64,000 nt of DNA, taken from positions 1,457 through 65,456 of the forward strand of contig CAMDTB010000003.1 in assembly GCA_945907245.1 (NCBI GenBank), written 5' to 3'. How positions within the stretch are numbered: the stretch's first letter is position 1; each line of letters opens with the position of its first letter. The translations under genes and the position numbers were made by a program. Below are positions 60,454 to 64,000 of the stretch, in pieces. This DNA is from Rhizobium sp. Q54 (GTDB lineage: Bacteria; Pseudomonadota; Alphaproteobacteria; SMXS01). A model generated the notes under the pieces. It had not been told where the DNA came from, did no database searches, and was given only the letters and a program-made list of their open reading frames with translations.

Positions 60454-61854
60454 ATGGACGATCTGGTGAGAGGCGATTTCCGCGAGGACCGCTGCCCGGC
60501 CGAAAGCTATACCGAGGTTCTGGAGCGCGACCGCGTCCCGTCGCCGGACTACATGCGGCAGGGTCCGACGCCCGACATCGGCACCGCGCCGGTCGCCGCC
60601 TCGCGCTATTACGACCAAGGGTTCTTCCAGAAGGAAGTCGAGCACCTGTGGCCGCATGTGTGGCACTGGGCCTGCCGCGAGGAGGAGATCCCTCAGGTCG
60701 GCGACCATGTGGTCTACGAGTTCACCGGCAAGTCGTTCATCATCGTCCGCAGCGCCCCGGGCGAGATCAAGGCGCTGTACAATTCCTGCCTGCACCGGGG
60801 CCGCAAGCTGGCGGTGAACGGCGGCCACAAGCTGAGCTTCCGCTGCCCCTATCACGGACTGGTGTGGAAGGCCGACGGCACCTTCCAGGAGAATCCGTTC
60901 CCGTGGGATTTCCCGCAATGGGCCGGCGGGGCGCCGGACCTGCCCGAAGCGCGGGTCGGCACCTGGGGCGGCTTCGTGTTCATCAACATGGACCCGGACG
61001 CGCCGTCGCTGGAGGAGGTGCTGGGCCCGCTGCCGGCGCATTTCGAGCGCTATGACTTCGAGAACCGCTACATCGCCGCCCATGTGGTCAAGAAGGTGCG
61101 CGCCAACTGGAAGGCGACCGCCGAGGCGTTCATGGAAAGCCACCACGTCATCGGCACCCATCCGCAGGGCCTGGCCACCATCGGCGACGCCAACAGCCAG
61201 TACGACATCCTGAGCGAGTATGTGGACCGGCAGTTCTCGGCCACCGCCATCCAGAGCCCGCACCTGAAGACCCAGCTGAGCGAGCAGCAGATCCTCGATT
61301 CCTATTTCGGCGGCCGCGCCGTGATGGTGGGCGACCAGCCGGGGCGGATGACCCTGCCCGAGGGTATGACCGCCCGGGCCTTCGCCGCCGAGATCGCGCG
61401 CAAGACGCTGGCGGAGCAGACCGGGCAGGACTATTCCCACGCCGGCGACGCCGAAATGCTGGATTCCCTGCTCTACAATGTGTTCCCGCATATGAGCTTC
61501 TGGATCAGCATGTCGCGCAACATCGTCTATCGCTGGCGGCCCAACGGACTCGATCCCGAGACTTCGCTGATGGATATCATGATGCTGCGGCCGGTACCCA
61601 GGGACGGCGTGCGGCCCAAGCCGGCGCCGGTTCGCTACATGGACCTCGACGAGCCGATGACCGAAGCCGGCAAGGAACTGAGCGACATGCTGGCGCTGGT
61701 CTACGAACAGGACATGGTCAACCTGCCGCACGTCCAGACGGGCCTGCGCGCCAGCGGATCGGGCACGGTGGAGTTCAGCAACTACATGGAGTCGCGGCTG
61801 CGCTATCACCACCAGCTGATCGACCGTTTCATCGCCGAGGGCGAAGCGAAATGA
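60454..61854 (+). CDS. Rieske (2Fe-2S) aromatic-ring-hydroxylating oxygenase alpha subunit
   Basis: CLHRGRKL...CPYHGLVW Rieske box and a catalytic-domain His motif (ESHHVIGTHP). No beta subunit or reductase gene nearby. Confidence 0.85.
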   Translation: MDDLVRGDFREDRCPAESYTEVLERDRVPSPDYMRQGPTPDIGTAPVAASRYYDQGFFQKEVEHLWPHVWHWACREEEIPQVGDHVVYEFTGKSFIIVRSAPGEIKALYNSCLHRGRKLAVNGGHKLSFRCPYHGLVWKADGTFQENPFPWDFPQWAGGAPDLPEARVGTWGGFVFINMDPDAPSLEEVLGPLPAHFERYDFENRYIAAHVVKKVRANWKATAEAFMESHHVIGTHPQGLATIGDANSQYDILSEYVDRQFSATAIQSPHLKTQLSEQQILDSYFGGRAVMVGDQPGRMTLPEGMTARAFAAEIARKTLAEQTGQDYSHAGDAEMLDSLLYNVFPHMSFWISMSRNIVYRWRPNGLDPETSLMDIMMLRPVPRDGVRPKPAPVRYMDLDEPMTEAGKELSDMLALVYEQDMVNLPHVQTGLRASGSGTVEFSNYMESRLRYHHQLIDRFIAEGEAK

Positions 61855-62135
61855 TCGGAATCGTGGCGACGCTGAAGGTGCAGCCGGGCTTGGGCGCGGA
61901 CTTCGAGACACACATGACGGCCATGACCGACTCGGTCGAGCGCAACGAGGTGGGCAACGTGTTCTACCGGGCCCACCTTCTGGCGCCGGACACCTTCCTG
62001 GTGCTGGAGCTGTACCGGGACCGCGACGCCGTCGACGCCCACGGCAAGTCGGCGCATGTGGCCGAGGCGCTGCCCCGGGTCGGCGCGATGCTCGACGGCG
62101 ACGTCGAGGTCCAGATCCTCGAGCAGGTATGGTGA
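61851..62135 (+). CDS. Antibiotic-biosynthesis-monooxygenase (ABM/Dabb) domain protein
   Basis: 94 aa. Ferredoxin-like pattern IVATLKVQPG...FLVLELYRDRDAVDAHGKSAHV. Overlaps the oxygenase stop. Confidence 0.7.
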   Translation: MIGIVATLKVQPGLGADFETHMTAMTDSVERNEVGNVFYRAHLLAPDTFLVLELYRDRDAVDAHGKSAHVAEALPRVGAMLDGDVEVQILEQVW

Positions 62136-62139
62136 ACTC

Positions 62140-62412
62140 ATGATCGGCACCGTCGCGCGGATGCAGGTCCGCCCTGGCTATACCGAGCAGTTCGAGTTCG
62201 CCTCCCGGCAGATGGTCGAGGAGGCACGGGTTCGCGACGGCTGCGTGTTCTTCGGCCTGTTCCGGGCCGACACGCCGGGCCTCTACGTCTTCATGGGCCG
62301 CTGGACCGACAAGGCCATTGCCGACGCCTACAGCAGTCCGGGACGGTTCAACGTCCAGTTCCGCGCCTTCATGGACGGCGAGGCTGAATACGCCACCTGC
62401 CCGGAGATCTAG
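62140..62412 (+). CDS. Second ABM-like domain protein
   Basis: MIGTVARMQVRPGYTEQFEF...YVFMGRWTDKAIADAY. Inner ATG of ORF 62056..62412. Confidence 0.6.
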   Translation: MIGTVARMQVRPGYTEQFEFASRQMVEEARVRDGCVFFGLFRADTPGLYVFMGRWTDKAIADAYSSPGRFNVQFRAFMDGEAEYATCPEI

Positions 62413-62451
62413 TCTGCGCGGCCCACCGGTTCATCGGCAGGCCGCACCGAC

Positions 62452-62520
62452 TCATAATACGAAGGCCAGCACCGCGCCGACGACGACGACCAGGCCGACG
62501 ATGTAGATGATGTTGTTCAT
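62452..62520 (-). CDS. 22-aa hydrophobic mini-protein (speculative)
   Basis: AAGGAG lies 7 nt before the ATG. MNNIIYIVGLVVVVGAVLAFVL* forms a single transmembrane helix. Confidence 0.3.
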   Translation of the reverse strand: MNNIIYIVGLVVVVGAVLAFVL

Positions 62521-62680
62521 GTCACGTCTCCTTGTTGAAGCCGGTTAAACGCAGGTTCGCGGGGCATCGTTCCTTTTCGCGCGGCAATCGACCGTCAATA
62601 CCGGCAATAATTTTTCCGGACGCGCGCATCCTTTGGCCGCCCGCCGCGTTATCCGGCTACCGCCATTCGGCGCGGAGCGG

Positions 62681-63167
62681 GAGGACATCATCTTGGACTG
62701 GATCAGGGAGCATCTGATCGTCGCCGGCCTATTTCGTGCCCGACGACTTCACCCGGTCGGCGATCGTCGCGGCGATCGCGCGCGGTGTGCGGGTCCGGGT
62801 GATCGTCCCCGGCAAGCACATCGACGCCGTCGTTGTCGGCAAGGCCTCACGCGAAACCTGGGGCGAGTTGCTGCAGGCTGGCGCCGAGATCCACGTGTTC
62901 CAGCCGACCATGTTCCACTGCGAGATGCTGGTGGTGGACGGCCAGCTCGTCTCGGTCGGTTCGACCAACTTCGACAACCGCTCGTTCCGGCTCAACGACG
63001 AGGCCAACCTGAACGTCTATGACCAGGCCTTCGCGGAGAAGATGACCGGCATCTTCGAGGGCGACCTGGGGCGTTCCACGGAAATGACCTATGAGGAATG
63101 GCGGCAGCGCCCGTGGCACGAGAAGCTGATGGAGAAACTGGCCAGCCTGTTCTCGTCCCAGCTTTAG
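62681..63167 (+). pseudogene. C-terminal remnant of a phospholipase D/cardiolipin synthase family gene
   Basis: Only the second HKD module is present, and it reads HCEMLVVDGQLVSVGSTNFDNRSFRLNDE, with Lys replaced by Glu at 62922-24. An in-frame TGA at 62715-17 and an apparent frameshift near 62729 cut off the upstream part. The first HKD module is absent. Confidence 0.6.
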
Positions 63168-63607
63168 CCGGACACGCAGACGTCGGCGACGTAGCTGCGG
63201 GTCTTGTCCGGATCGGCGAACTTGGCGACGTCGTCGGCGATCCACTGGGCGGCTGCCGCGCGTTCCTTCTGCATCTCGGCGTATTCGGCCTCGTTGGCGA
63301 AGATCATCTCGGTGACAACGTCGAAGTCGATCGGCGCGCCCTTGCGGCCTTCCTCGGGAATGAAGTTGCGGCGGTATTCGGCGCGGGCCAGCGCCGGCAT
63401 GCGCTCGCGGGCGCCCGGCACATGCACCGTCTCGTAGTAGTGCTTGAACTGCTCGACCGTGGTGCCGGGCTTGCGCGCCAGCAAGATGATCAACTTCTTG
63501 GTCATGGCATACTCTCCCTTGTCGCAGCCGGCCGTGCCGGCGAAAGCGGGAGCACCCGCAAGGACGGCGGCCAGCGCCGTGGCCAGAAACAAACCCGTCG
63601 CGCGCAT
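63164..63607 (-). CDS. EthD domain-containing protein
   Basis: KLIILLARKPGTTVEQFKHYYETVHVPG...VTEMIFANEAEYAEM. Two plausible starts exist. ATG 63605-07 gives a signal-peptide-like MRATGLFLATALAAVLAGAPAFA. ATG 63503-05 (GGGAGAG SD) gives the about 113-aa domain only. Confidence 0.6.
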   Translation of the reverse strand: MRATGLFLATALAAVLAGAPAFAGTAGCDKGEYAMTKKLIILLARKPGTTVEQFKHYYETVHVPGARERMPALARAEYRRNFIPEEGRKGAPIDFDVVTEMIFANEAEYAEMQKERAAAAQWIADDVAKFADPDKTRSYVADVCVSG

Positions 63608-63777
63608 CCGCTGCTTCCCCGATATCTCCCCAGATCTCCGCAAATCTAGAACACGGCTTTCAAAACGTCGCCGAAAATAGGCGCGACCGTCAAACCTTCT
63701 GGCCAAACGGACCGGAAAGCGCGAGCCTTATCCGATTGGGCGGGATTTCGGGGGCGTTCCGTATAGGGAGAGCCTCG

Positions 63778-63990
63778 ATGACAACGATATTCCGGCGCGT
63801 CGCTGCCACGGCCGCGATCGCCATGGCCGCCATCTTCATGGTCTCCGGCGCCGCAGTCGCCGACTCCATGGGCCAGTCCGAGAATGCCGTCGACCGGCCC
63901 GGCGGCGACTATCACAGCTATCAGTCGGGCGGCCTGTCGCAATGCTCCACCTCCTGCGGCACCATCGCCCGGTGCAAGGCCTATACCTAA
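63778..63990 (+). CDS. PAN/Apple-like secreted protein; ends at a TAA that may be premature
   Basis: AGGGAGAG SD, signal peptide MTTIFRRVAATAAIAMAAIFMVSGAAVA, then DRPGGDYHSYQSGGLSQCSTSCGTIARCKAYT*. The window ends 10 nt later. Confidence 0.45.
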   Translation: MTTIFRRVAATAAIAMAAIFMVSGAAVADSMGQSENAVDRPGGDYHSYQSGGLSQCSTSCGTIARCKAYT

Positions 63991-64000
63991 GTGCCGTCGA

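Overview
High-GC (about 65-67 %) alphaproteobacterial chromosome segment; the taxon is an inference from gene order and repeat content. All calls come from reading the sequence and ORF track by eye, with no searches run.

Positions 1-52,000 are mostly housekeeping genes:
- dps, folB, uvrC, pgsA, moaDE, ilvE, proC and lgt
- prs, rplY, pth and ychF
- apt and mtnP, petABC, trmL, hemF, cca, cimA, cysS, gltX, nadE
- a class II DAHP synthase, gor, glmS, glmU and gph

Embedded in this part is a decaying nitrogen-scavenging locus at 1.8-7.9 kb. It holds AtzG/E/H-like genes, a GntR regulator, an outer-membrane protein, a cysteine hydrolase and a permease. The amidase carries an internal deletion and the permease an in-frame TAA. 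A perfect sigma54 promoter motif sits in front of the outer-membrane protein operon.

A tRNA-Val(CAC) at 52,135-52,210 marks the switch to an accessory region that runs to the end of the window.

The most unusual content is at 54.3-59.7 kb:
- an Anbu-type proteasome-like peptidase
- a cyanophycin-synthetase-like ligase (ATP-grasp plus Mur-ligase domains), divergent from it
- a second stand-alone ATP-grasp enzyme, convergent with the ligase and preceded by a translationally coupled 22-codon uORF
- a cupin

This differs from the canonical Anbu operon and may be an undescribed peptide-polymer or peptide-tag system.

Other points of interest:
- a candidate small RNA with CCUCCC motifs and a textbook terminator (about 17,650-17,736)
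- two related families of REP-like hairpin repeats, one pair bracketing a GIY-YIG nuclease gene
- an orphan degenerate HepT/DUF86 gene overlapping gor
- several pseudogene remnants

Many long ORFs in the track are antisense artefacts of high GC and were not called.
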